A stretch of DNA of 64,000 nucleotides from positions 77,923 through 141,922 of the forward strand of contig NIVC01001700.1 in the NCBI GenBank assembly GCA_002269645.1, given 5' to 3'. Positions 48,257 through 60,600 of this stretch are shown piece after piece. Numbering within the stretch: position 1 is the stretch's first letter; every line of letters starts with the position of its first letter. Below the pieces are notes generated by a model. The model searched no databases. It saw only the letters and a list, made by a program, of their open reading frames with translations, and had not been told where the DNA came from. The position numbers were made by a program, and so were the translations under genes. This DNA is from Macrostomum lignano (Eukaryota).

Positions 48257-49318
48257 CTAGCGGCCCGCTCTATGGTAGGCGCAGCGCCGCTGACCTCCAG
48301 GCGACTTTCGCGAGTTCATCGCCGCGGCCAGGCGGCCCAGGCCGGACTCCAGCTTGGTGTCCTCCCTGCCCAGCCCGCCGAGGCCGCCGCCGCCGCTGCA
48401 GGCGTCAGCCAGCGCCTCGACAGGACCGCGGGACAGCAGGCAGCTGACCGCGATGAAGATTGACTGCAGCGCCTGCAGCATGTAGTGCGCGTACCACAGG
48501 CAGGGGCCGTCGCAGCCGCGGAACCGGGCCACGGACAGCAAGCCGCTCGCCTGCACCGCCAGGCTGGTGACGGCGAACTTTGACAGCGCCCGGCAGCGGA
48601 CGCAGGCGGCGGCGATGGCCGGCGCTGACAGCTCCGGCGCGTCCAGCTTCGCTGCCGAGGCTGCTGCGGAGGCGGGCAGCAGCGGCGCCAGCTGCAGCCC
48701 GTAGGCCAGCAGGGCAGGCAGGAAGAGCAGCCACGCGTGCGACATCGCTGCCCGCTGCAGCTCGTCCACCGCCTGCGGCGCCGGCTGCTGCTGCTGCTGC
48801 TCGCTGCAGTTCCGCTGGCGCCGGAAAATCTGCGGCAAGCTGGCGTTGTAGCGCGCCGTGTCCAGGCCGGCCGGGCCGCCCGCCAGGCCCGCGGCCAGGA
48901 AGGGAGCGGCGAACAGGGCGCTGATGGCCAGGCGGCGCAGCTTCGACAGCCAGCTGGCGTCGACATCAGCAGCCGATGCGTGCAAGTGGCGCCGCCACCG
49001 TCGGCGTTGTCGCCAGAAGCTCACGGCGATGCTGAGAGTCCAGGACGCGGTGAGCAGCCCGAACAGGTGAGCGCTGGCGTTGGCCGCCGTCAGCCAGTCG
49101 GTCCAGCCGGCACCGAGCCGCTCCGCGCCGCAGGCGACCAGCTGGGAGGCGCCACTGGCCAGGTGCAGCGACAGTGGCGACAGCAGCGGCCAGCTGTACA
49201 AGCGGCGCAGCTCCGAGATTGACGTCGCCAAGATCACGTGACAGCAGGTGACCAGCACGGAGACGGTCAGGCAGATCAGCGGCAGAGGTGCCGCAGCTTC
49301 GTCAGCAGCCTCCGCCAT
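48257..49318 (-). CDS. Class B2-like (Methuselah/adhesion-type) 7TM protein, intronless, essentially no ectodomain (353 aa)
   Basis: ICLTVSVLVTCCHVIL...SELRRLYSWPLLSPL (TM1-TM2, PELRNLPG-like), AHLFGLLTASWTLSIAVSFWR (TM3) and WYAHYMLQALQSIFI (TM7, LQG.FIF-like). Confidence 0.72.
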   Translation of the reverse strand: MAEAADEAAAPLPLICLTVSVLVTCCHVILATSISELRRLYSWPLLSPLSLHLASGASQLVACGAERLGAGWTDWLTAANASAHLFGLLTASWTLSIAVSFWRQRRRWRRHLHASAADVDASWLSKLRRLAISALFAAPFLAAGLAGGPAGLDTARYNASLPQIFRRQRNCSEQQQQQPAPQAVDELQRAAMSHAWLLFLPALLAYGLQLAPLLPASAAASAAKLDAPELSAPAIAAACVRCRALSKFAVTSLAVQASGLLSVARFRGCDGPCLWYAHYMLQALQSIFIAVSCLLSRGPVEALADACSGGGGLGGLGREDTKLESGLGRLAAAMNSRKSPGGQRRCAYHRAGR

Positions 49319-49759
49319 GGCTCAGTGCACCCAGAGGGCGCTGGCCGCCGAAGCCAGAGCGGTCTTTTGCCTCAGGGCCGAGTGGAGCAGCGGCCAATCA
49401 GATGTCGCCTTTGATTAGCGAATCTCCAGCTGAGACTGCTGGCTCCCGGGGGCTGCCGCTGCCAGCTGAGGGGGACTTCGAGCTGTGCCCTCGAGGTAGG
49501 GATCAGGAGAGAAGGGTTAATGCTGCAATGCTGGTGTATTCAACCCTTGATCTGCATTGCTGATTATTCAATACTGTCTGTCAGGTCGAATAGAATAGCT
49601 GACTGCAACCTGCAACTTTCCAAGGCTGGTGTGTACTTTTAGTGGGTAAAAGTTGTTTATTTACTTCTTATGAGCACTGCAGCTAGTTTGGGGTTCGGGG
49701 GGCATCACTGCTACGTTAGGGTTGAGGGGAACTTAGGGTACTTAGTGAATTTGCTTGGC

Positions 49760-50910
49760 GCACTGTAAGGTTTGAGGGCGCCACTGTAGGGCTTGGGCGC
49801 CACTGTAGGGTTTGGGGCGCCACTGTAGGGTTTGGGGGCGCCACTGTAGGGTTTGGGGGCGCCACTGTAGAGTTTGGGCGCGCCACTGTAGGGTTTGGGG
49901 GTGCCACTGTAGGGTTTGGGGCGCCACTGTAGGGTTTGGGGGCGCCACTGTAGTGTTTGGGGCGCCACTGTAGGGTTTGGGGGCGCCACTGTAGGGTTTG
50001 GGGGCGCCACTGTAGGGTTTGGGCGCGCCACTGTAGGGTTTGGGGGTGCCACTGTAGGGTTTGGGGCGCCACTGTAGGGTTTGGGGCGCCACTGTAGGGG
50101 TTGGGGGCGCCACTGTAGGGTTTGGGGGCGCCACTGTAGGGGTTGGGGGCGCCACTGTAGGGTTTGGGGGCGCCACTGTAGGGTTTGGGGGCGCCAATGT
50201 AGGGTTTGGGCGCGCCACTGTAGGGTTTGGGGTGCCACTGTAGGGTTTGGGGCGCCAATGTAGGGTTTGGGCACGCCACTGTAGGGTTTGGGGGCGCCAC
50301 TGTAGGGTTTGGGGCGCCAATGTAGGGTTTGGGGCGCCACTGTAGGGTTTGGGGCGCCACTGTAGGGTTTGGGGGCTCCACTGTAGGGCTTGGGGCGCCA
50401 CTGTAGGGCTTGGGGCGCCACTGTAGGGTTTGGGGCGCCACTGTAGGGTTTGGGGGCGCCACTGTAGGGCTTGGGGCGCCACTGTAGGGTTTGGGGCGCC
50501 ACTGTAGGGTTTGGGGGCGCCACTGTAGGGTTTGGGGGGCGCCACTGTAGGGTTTGGGGGCGCCAATGTAGGGTTTGGGCGCGCCACTGTAGGGTTTGGG
50601 GTTGCCACTGTAGGGCTTGGGGGGCCACTGTAGGGTTTGGGGCGCCACTGTAGGGTTTGGGGGCTCCACTGTAAGGTTTGAGGGCGCCACTGTAGGGTTT
50701 GGGGCGCCACTGTAGGGTTTGGGGGCGCCACTGTAGGGTTTGAGGGCGCCACTGTAGGGTTTGGGGCGCCACTGTAGGGGTTGGGGGCGCCACTGTAGGG
50801 TTTAGGGCTCCACTGTAGGGTTTGGGGCTCTACTGTAGGGTTTGGGGCGCCACTGTAGAGTTTGGGGGCGCCACTGTAAGGTTTCGGGTGCCACTGCACT
50901 GTAGGTTTTG
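49760..50910. repeat. G-rich minisatellite, 20-21-bp unit GGGCGCCACTGTAGGGTTTG(G)
   Basis: Direct reading. It is flanked by the 17-bp direct repeat CTTAGTGAATTTGCTTG at 49741 and 50983. Confidence 0.95.
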
Positions 50911-51904
50911 AGGCGTACGGCTGTAGAAATTTTCATTTCCGATATTTATGGACAGTTAACTTTCTAAGCCTACCGTTGACAGCTTAGTGAATTTGCTTGA
51001 GCGCAGACCAGACGAGGAACTGACTGAGTGGACTCGTTAAACCGGGCCTGCTAGCACTTCAAACAGACTTCACTAAGCGATCTAGAAATTTCTTTGACGC
51101 TCAAATTACCCAAGCGACCGCGCCGGAGTGTCCGTGAAGTAGTCGAGTTTTAAAAAACCCAGAACTAGCGTCTCAAAGAAAAAACGGTCGTTACTTGCCC
51201 GGAGGCCCAGTAGGGGGGCTTTGAGCAGGTCGGGGCGATGAGCTAAGATTCAATTACAGAGTGACTTCTCAGCCTCTTGGTTTTAAAATCTCCCCAGCTT
51301 TTATTGGGAGATTGGGAAGTACACAGGCTAACGACTTATCCCATAATAACGCTTGCTGGCGCTTATCCAGATAAATATAGAAGCTATATACACATATAGA
51401 TGCAAAAGGAATTTCAAAGAATTTCTTTAATAGACTCAATCAATGATCAGTCAGTCAGGTAAAAGAAAATGCAAATACTCGTAAATAAACGTAAAGGTTT
51501 TACTATTCTAGCCAGCTTAAAATCGAAGATTTTGTGCGATTTCCTTTGGTCCGAACCTGTTAGGGCTTCTGTTTATAGATGCTGTTTCTGGCTTCATCAA
51601 AGCAATTTCAACACAGAGGTCTGCCCTGACTGATTGATGTTGGTCCGGCTCCTACTGTACAAATTATTGCATACCAAAATATAAAATACAGTTTAATATT
51701 GTTTACAAAAATATACTTTGCTACTAACGTGAGTAGTTAAAAGGGACATGATTCCAAGCCTAATTAATTTTAACTTCTAAAAACTTATTCGAAAGTCGTA
51801 CGATACAGTTTCTGTACTGAATCACCTGTAATTCGCTGTAATTCGCTGTAATTCGCTGTACTCTTCAGCACCCCTGTTGTACTCGTAGCATCCTCTATTG
51901 TTAA

Positions 51905-52685
51905 CTGTAGCACAGGTGGTAGCATCCCCTGTTGCTCACTGCAGCACAGGTGGTAGCATCCCCTGTTATTCACTGCAGCACAGGTGGTAGCATCCCCTGT
52001 TGCTCACTGCAGCACAGGTGGTAGCATCCCCTGTTGCTCACTGCAGCACCGGTGGTAGCATCCCCTGTTATTCACTGCAGCACAGGTGGTAGCATCCCCT
52101 GTTGCTCACTGCAGCACCGGTGGTAGCATCCCCTGCTGCTCACTGCAGCACCGGTGGTAGCATCCCCTGTTGCTCACTGCAGCACCGGTGGTAGCATCCC
52201 CTGTTGCTCACTGCAGCACCGGTGGTAGCATCCCCTGTTGCTCACTGCAGCACCGGTGGTAGCATCCCCTGTTATTCACTGCAGCACCGGTGGTAGCATC
52301 CCCTGTTATTCACTGCAGCACCGGTGGTAGCATCCCCTGTTATTCACTGCAGCACAGGTGGTAGCATCCCCTGTTGCTCACTGCAGCACCGGTGGTAGCA
52401 TCCCCTGTTGCTCACTGCAGCACCGGTGGTAGCATCCCCTGTTGCTCACTGCAGCACCGGTGGTAGCATCCCCTGTTGCTCACTGCAGCACCGGTGGTAG
52501 CATCCCCTGTTATTCACTGCAGCACCGGTGGTAGCATCCCCTGTTATTCACTGCAGCACCGGTGGTAGCATCCCCTGTTATTCACTGCAGCACCGGTGGT
52601 AGCATCCCCTGTTATTCACTGCAGCACCGGTGGTAGCATCCCTGTTGTTCACTGTAGCACAGGTGGTAGCATCCCCTGTTTTCAC
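51905..52685. repeat. Minisatellite, 34-bp unit GCAC(A/C)GGTGGTAGCATCCCCTGTT(G/A)(C/T)TCACTGCA, ~23 copies
   Basis: Head-to-tail copies with no spacers. Confidence 0.95.
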
Positions 52686-53122
52686 AGGTACTGAAAACAC
52701 AGATTTCTATCATATTTCTATTTTTGCTACTTAGAAAATTGTTTATGCCTATTGTCAAACTTTAGAGATCCAACTAAAAAAGTTTATAAGTGCATGAAGA
52801 CCAATGAAGACCAAATGTCACGCAGTGCTGCAGTGACGATGAAATGCGCTTCCAAAGAGCCTAAATGTCTGTCACGTGTTTGGTCTTCCAAAAATTTCTA
52901 GTGCAACACATTTCCCACGCGTGTTTGCTGCGAGCTTTGATGAAAATGTCTTCCAAAAATAGACACTGCCTTGCGGTGTTGGCAGGCCTGAAAGTGCTGG
53001 TGGCTTGGGAATGCATCCGTTAGAGACTAAAATAAATTGGACTTAAAGCCCGGACATTTTTCTATCCGATCTTGGCCAGCTATCGGCAAGTATTCGAATA
53101 GATTCAACTCTGCCAGCCCACT

Positions 53123-54227
53123 CAGTCAGACACACGGTCAGACACACGGTCAGACACACGGTCAGACACACGGTCACACACACGGTCACACACACGGCCA
53201 GACACACGGCCAGACACACGGTCAGACACACGGCCAGACACACGGCCAGACACACGGTCAGACACACGGCCAGACACACGGCCAGACACACGGTCAGACA
53301 CACGGCCAGACACACGATCAGACACACGGTCAGACAAACGGTCAGACACACGGTCAGACACACGGTCAGACACACGGTCAGACACACAGTCAGACACACG
53401 GTAAGACACACGGTCACACACAGTCAGACACACAGTCACACACACGGTCAGACACACAGTCAGACACACAGTCAGACACAGTCAGACACACGGTCAGACA
53501 CACAGACACACAGTCAGAAACACAGACACACAGTCAGAAACACAGACACACAGTCAGAAACACAGACACACAGTCAGAAACACAGACACACAGTCAGAAA
53601 CACAGACACACAGTCAGAAACACAGACACACAGTCAGAAACACAGACACACAGTCAGAAACACAGACACACAGTCAGAAACACAGACACACAGTCAGAAA
53701 CCCAGACACACAGTCAGAAACACAGACACACAGTCAGAAACACAGACCCGCAGTCAGAAACACAGACACAGTCAGAAACACAGACCTGCAGTCAGAAACA
53801 CAGACACAGTCAGAAACACAGACACACAGTCAGAAACACAGACACACAGTCAGAAACACAGACACACAGTCAGAAACACAGACACACAGTCAGAAACACA
53901 GACACACAGTCAGAAACACAGACACACAGTCAGAAACACAGACACACAGTCAGAAACACGGTCAGACACACAGTCAGACACACGGTCAGACACACAGTCA
54001 GCCACACGATCAGACACACAGTCAGAAACACAGACACACAGTCAGAAACCCAGACACACAGTCAGAAACACAGACACACAGTCAGAAACCCAGACACACA
54101 GTCAGAAACACAGACCCGCAGTCAGAAACACAGACACAGTCAGAAACACAGACACACAGTCAGAAACACGGTCAGACACACAGTCAGGCACTCAGTCAGA
54201 CACACGGTCCGACACACGGTCCGACAC
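53123..54227. repeat. CA-rich minisatellite: 12-bp CAGACACACGGT grading into 20-bp CACAGACACACAGTCAGAAA
   Basis: Direct reading. Confidence 0.93.
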
Positions 54228-54680
54228 TAAATCACTTGCTAAACTCAACTCCTTCTCATAATCTTCAAATGACCTCAAACATTTTATAACCTTCTCATCT
54301 CTCCATCCCTTTCTCACTCGCTCACGCCCTGTCTTCTTCAATCACAATCTCATCTCACTTCCTCCACTTCAATTCCAAAGGAAGCTTCGAATCAGGGCAC
54401 TCTGCCCTCCCCTACCCCGTCTTCTCCTCGCCTTGCATCAGCTGTAGATAAGACCTATAAATTCGCGTGGGCGGGCAAAACTTCTGGGGGGGGGGCAGAC
54501 AGGAGGCCCGATCGAACCGCCCCCACCCCTCACCGCCTCTCCGCCCGATTTGGAAGTCCCTTTTCCCTTCGCCCTTCATTCAACCACGTAGCTTTATTTA
54601 AACCCTCGCCGTGAGTGGGAAGGACAGAGTAGGAAGCAGGAGGAAATTCTATTTCTGCATTCGTCAGGACAGCAAATAAA

Positions 54681-55876
54681 ATGGTCGAAGAATCGCCTGA
54701 GTCTGTTGAGGTGGCTGAGGCGGCCGCAGCGGCCGCGGCAGCTGACGGACCACCGCTGAGGATTTTCGGCTACGGTTCGCTGATCTGGCGGCCCGGATTT
54801 CCCTACAGCGGGCGCATTGTCGGCTTCGCTCCCGGGTTCAAGCGGCGCTTCTACAAGGGCAGCGTCTGGCACAGGGGCACCCCGGACCTGGTGAGTCGCT
54901 GGCCCTCTCTGTTTACCGCCACTGGTTGACCTCTGCTGACCCTGGTTGACCTTTGCTGACCCTGGTTGACCTCTGCTGACCCTGGTTGACCTCTGCTGAC
55001 CCTGGTTGACCTCTGCTGACCCTGGTTGACCTCTGCTGATCCAGACTGACCTCTGCTGACTCTGGTTGACCTTTGCTGACCCTGGTTGACCTTTGCTGAC
55101 CCTGGTTGACCTCTGCTGACCCTGGTTGACCTCTGCTGATCCAGACTGACCTCTGCTGGCCTTGGTTACACTTTGCTAAACTAGTTAACCTCTAACGACC
55201 CAGTTGACTTCCAACGGCTCTAGTTGACCTCTGCTGATCTTAATTGACCTCTGCTGACTATGGTTAACCTTTTAATGACTCAACTTGACCTTTTAGCGAC
55301 CTTTATGAACTAAAATTACTTCTTTCTTTTGAAATCCGCTCTCAACCACAGATAATAAATCTTTAGTATCTGTGCTCTCAACTGCAGCCCGGTCGAGTCG
55401 CTACCCTGCTGCCGGACCCCGAATGTTGCACATGGGGCGTCCTCTACGAGGTCAGCGGCGCCGAGAGCGTTTTAGCCGCAATGGCGCACCTTAGCGAGCG
55501 CGAAGCTCGCCTTGGCGGTTACCGACTTCGCCGCGTCACCTTCAGACCACTGTCGGCGCCTTCAACAACACCTCCGCCCGATATCACCGCCTTCACCTAC
55601 GTGGCGGAGCCCGACAACCCGCGCTACCTGGGCGAGGCCGGTCTTGATCGGCAGGCGCGTCAGGTTGCTATGGCAACGGGCCGAGCCGGAGCCAACGCCG
55701 ACTACGTGCGCGGAGTTGCGCGCTTCATGGCATGCGAAGTGCCTGATGGCCCGGCCCAAGATCGCCACGTTGCCGAGCTGGCGCGGCTCGCCGACACCGC
55801 TATGGTCGAGTTGACACGCCCATCTCCTATGCCGGCGCCATCAGCCCTAAGCTGCTCGCTGGCAATGGCGCCGTAG
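54681..55876 (+). CDS. CHAC1: Glutathione-specific gamma-glutamylcyclotransferase ChaC; exons 54681-54890 and 55388-55876
   Basis: IFGYGSLIW, RRFYKGSVWHRGTP|PGRVATL, TWGVLY, REARLGGY (catalytic Glu), G.AG.N..YV. Phase-0 GT-AG intron. Confidence 0.93.
54922..55260. repeat. Minisatellite, 20-bp unit GACCTCTGCTGACCCTGGTT (ChaC intron)
   Basis: Direct reading. Confidence 0.9.
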
Positions 55877-57632
55877 CTGCGACTGTTTGATTTGAAGCCT
55901 CGCACGTTCTTCATTGATTTTATCCGCAACTGTGGAGCCTCTCCGTGCTCTCCATTGATCTTGTCCTCAACTGGAAATTTCTTTCCTGATCTGAGGCGAT
56001 TAAGCCTTACCCAAGGAATATTTTGCTCGTTTGATCATTACTCACCTTGTTTTTATCTGCAGAGCTGAAAGAGTTTCTATTTGTTTTCAATGTAGATGGT
56101 ACATGTATGTGTAATTGTAAACAATAGTTAAAGTGCAAATAAAAAAGTTATTGAAAGTGAATTTACCTGCATATACTCGAATTTGCTTTGTAGATTTATT
56201 TTGTAAAAGACTAGCATAGTATTGTGTGGATAAAAATCTGTGGATAAGAATCAGTTGAATTGAGCCAGTAAAATAAGAAAATAGTTTTGTGAGGTGGAGG
56301 AATATATCCTTACATAATTAGCACTGCATTGCCATTTTATAAGTAAGACGGAATTATCTTCTTAAAGGCACAATAGGTAATGGATATGTACCTTTTATTT
56401 ATGAATAGTCTAAACTAAGAGACTCAAGAAGAGATCGACAAAAAGGAAATATTAAGGTTAGCTGAAAGTTAAAACAACATATGTTGCATGCTTCATCTTA
56501 ATAAAATAACATTAAGCCTGCAGTTTCTGCGAATTTAAAATGGCAAAGCAAATTACCGTAGTGTTGGTAAATGTATTTTGCTTTTTCGCACGAAAACACT
56601 CTCATTATACATGGATAGGCAATGAAGATCCGGCTTAGTTTGAAATATCGTGGTCTTGAATAAATCCATTTCATTTAGCTAAAAATCCAACAGTGATGAT
56701 TTTTTATTGAGCTTAATTTTTAAATAAACTTAAGTGAATACTTGCGTTTTTAATATGCAAAATTACATTTTTTGTTATAATATTTTAATTATTCATCGCA
56801 ATTACAAAACATTTATATTCAAGGAAACAGTTCAAACAGCGTGAATTGGTGAGCAACGTGCAGAAACGCTCAGGCATCTTCGCGCGAAAAAATACGACTT
56901 AAAAAGATTCCATGAGTGTTGGATTGCTACTATCTAGATCTGCCTAGATCTCGATTAATTTTTTTGTCATTAGAATTTGAGCTCTCGGTGTCATTGATTC
57001 GTTGTTCGTAGTCAATAGTATTAGTATGTATGTATGATTCATAAATACATTGATATATGTATATGATATATATGATTATGATCTATGATATAGCAAATGA
57101 TTAATTTTTATCGAACTGTGTGCAAAAGAGTTCTAGAATTAAAAGTCACTTTAACTCTTCAATCATTTTTTTGTTTGATAATGAACTAATAAAAATAGCC
57201 AAATCACTTTATTCTGGACACAAAGATTGTATTGATCGAATATACACATATAAGAACACCATCTGACACACTACTGGCATAGATAAATTAATTAAACTTA
57301 CATATACATTTTATATTCTAGTTTTTTTTATAAATTCAATTTAAATGCAGAATATAATAAGAATAATAGCTAAATAATTCTTATTTGCTTTCAAAACTAA
57401 AGTGAAGCTTTAAGCTTAGAGACTTAGTTAGAGACTTAGTTTAAGCTTCAATTCTACTGGGTTCCTAACTATTTATCTGAGACTTATCTTTAAAAACTAT
57501 TTTTAAGGTTTTATTAAAATAGTGCATTTTTTAATTATTAGGTTATGTAATGCCATATATTTATTTCAATTAGATTTATATTGTTCTACTTTGAACTCAC
57601 ACTATAAACCTGCAGCTCACACAAGAAATGCC

Positions 57633-60600
57633 ATGGAGGACGACTACGTGTTTCTTGCCACCTCCAGCCGGCCAGGCCGCAGCGCTGCGAAGGATGCAGC
57701 CGCACAGTCCATCTGGTGCGCCGTTGACCGTCTGTCCAGACGGACCTGGCTCGGCAAGACCGTGTCCACTCTGATTGGCCGCGGGCAGTCGTGCGACATT
57801 TTAGTGAAGGTGAGTGTCTTTAATTCACGATTTGCGTACTTTTTTAATATTGTTAACATAACACTTTAACACTTCAATTGATAGTCTTTGTTGACAGAAG
57901 AACAAGTTTCAAGTTGCAAGAATACTACGAACTATCAATAATTTTTTATTTCAGTCGCACAGCGTCGATCCGCAGCACGCGCTGCTGTCATTCGACTTCG
58001 GGCTGCAGCAGCACGTCATTCAAGACCTCGGCAGCGTCAACGGGGTAAAGTCATAGGGTGGGGTCTGGTGTTTTGTGTTAAAAATGTCACGTAAAAAGCT
58101 CTGTTCCACAAATAACCCGCAGACATTCGTGAACGAGTCTCGAATACCGGAGGAGACGCCGGTCCCTCTAGAGAGCGGAGACTCGCTGCGGTTTGGCTAC
58201 GACTCGAACGTGCTCCGGCTGGTGCGCTTCTCGCCAGACGCGGCCGCCCTGACCGCCAGCCCGCGGGACGGCGGCGACGGCGCAAAACGGCGACCGGCAG
58301 TCAGCGTCCGGCGCAAGCGATCCGAGGACTCCGGAGGCTACGAGTCGGACGTGTCAGTTGTCAGGGACTTGCCCGCCTGGGCCCGCAACTGCCGCGGTGG
58401 AGTCACCGTCATTGCCGAGTGCCCAGTGAGTGAAACGTCTGGTAGCGTTCTGATTGATCTGGTAGCGTTCTGATTGATCTGGTAGTGTTCTGATTGATCT
58501 GCTAGTGTTCTGATTGATCTGCTAGTGTTCTGATTGATCTGTTGGTGTTCTGATTGATCTGGTAGTGTTCTGATTGATCTGGTAGTGTTCTGATTGATCT
58601 GGTAGTGTTCTGATCGATCTGGTAGTGTTCTGATTGATCTGGTAGTGTTCTGATTGATCTGGTAGTGTTCTGATTGATCTGGTAGTGTTCTGATTGATCT
58701 GGTAGTGTTCTGATTGATCTGCTAGTGTTCTGATTGATCTGCTAGTGTTCTGATTGATCTGCTAGTGTTCTGATTGATCTGTTGGTGTTCTGATTGATCT
58801 GGTAGTGTTCTGATTGATCTGGTAGTGTTCTGATTGATCTGGTAGTGTTCTGATCGATCTGGTAGTGTTCTGATTGATCTGGTAGTGTTCTGATTGATCT
58901 GGTAGTGTTCTGATTGATCTGCTAGTGTTCTGATTGATCTGGTAGTGTTCTGATTGATCTGCTAGGGTTCTGAGGGATCTGGTAGTGTTCTGAAAGATCT
59001 GGTAGGGTTCTGAGGGATCTGGTAGGGTTCTGAGGGATCTGGTAGGGTTCTGAGGGATCTGGTAGGGTTCTGAGGGATCTGGTAGGGTTCTGAGGGATCT
59101 GGTAGGGTTCTGAGGGATCTGGTAGGGTTCTGAGGGATCTGGTAGGGTTCTGAGGGATCTGGTAGGGTTCTGAGGGATCTGGTAGGGTTCTGAGGGATCT
59201 GGTAGGGTTCTGAAAGATCTGGTAGGGTTCTGAGGGATCTGGTAGGGTTCTGAGGGATCTGGTAGGGTTCTGAGGGATCTGGTAGGGTTCTGAGGGATCT
59301 GGTAGGATTCTGAGGGATCTGGTAGGGTTCTGAGGGATCTGGTAGGGTTCTGAGGGATCTGGTAGGGTTCTGAGGGATCTGGTAGGATTCTGGGGAATCG
59401 TAAAAAAATTTGTATCATATTTAGTACATGTGTTGCCAGGTATTCGGCTCCCCGAACTGCATTAGAAACCAGTTGCAAAAAGAATCGAGCAATTAATGGC
59501 TTTTGTTGATAGGAATGTTCGAGAATGGGCAGCACAGGGGAGGCAGTATGCAATAGTACAGCACAGCACAGAATGCACAGTTTTCCATCTGTCCTGTCCG
59601 GCTGTATGAATCGCGTCTCTCTTGCCTTTTGCGTCTCCGTTGGAGCGAAAATCCTTGAGGCGCAGGGCCAGGAGGCCCACCCTGTCCTGAACGCATGGGC
59701 TAAATTTAGCCTGGCGGTGAGGGGGGGGGGGGCAGGTAGCAACTACAGGAAGCCAGAAAAGTTCCAAGATGCCCGCTTGTCTGACCGATCTAGCCGGCGA
59801 CAGCGCTAGACGAAAATATGAAACACAGTTTTTTGTACCTCCGTTTTTTGCGGAGGTGCAATTTTTACTCGTAGTTTACTGGCTATTTTTTAGCAACCGA
59901 ATAGTGAAGTATTGGTCCCGGTCACCCAACTGGCTTGGCCTTTACCTAATTGGATTTAGTTTCTAATTAGTTTTCTTGGCCAGCTTGTACTTACATATTT
60001 TACTCGATGCTGCAAAATGCTACAGGTGTAGTTGAAAAAGATTGACGAACTTTGCGTCGCATTCTTAGACCTGTTTCGCTCTCTTGCCTCGATGACTCAC
60101 ACGCTTAATTCTCAAACTACCGCGTAGTTAAGGGAGGAATCGGGGCCAGCTTGGAGTTACCAAAACATTTCCTCAATCTCTCATTTTCAGACAGACTGCA
60201 GGCTCACTGGGTTTTTGTGAATCCGACTAATTTTAAAGCTGAATAAAATTTTTGTATGTTATTGAGTAATATGCTATGAACTTGTCTTGACACCAGTCTT
60301 GAAAAAGCAATTAGTTCATTTTCAATTTTTTAAAATGTGACGCAATAAGCCGACAACTTTAAAAACCTGTGGTGTGAAATCCATTATCTTTGGGCCATAG
60401 ACTATAGATTAAACGATTTTTATCACTATAAGGCGGGTTGCTTGGGGTTGTCGTGCGACTCACACCCTGTGCGAGCGTGTGTATGGGGTGCGTGCCTGCG
60501 ATTGTATGTGTTCTCAGGAGCCAGCGAAATGGGCAGAACTGCCTCACAGCGCTGATTGTGGGACAATGTCCGGCAAGTATTTATTAATTATATACACAAC

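Noticed and set aside
49711-50899. Pro-rich extensin-like ORFs on minus
   Set aside because: All three frames are open because of the repeat; not evidence of an ectodomain for the adjacent 7TM.
51905-52685. 34-bp partly palindromic repeat as a CRISPR array
   Set aside because: No spacers; an ordinary minisatellite.
53037-54230. 397-aa His/Thr/Gln-rich ORF
   Set aside because: CA-rich minisatellite; the start is not ATG.
58762-59742. 326-aa minus-strand ORF
   Set aside because: Mostly the 20-bp intronic repeat, antisense to the CEP170-like gene.
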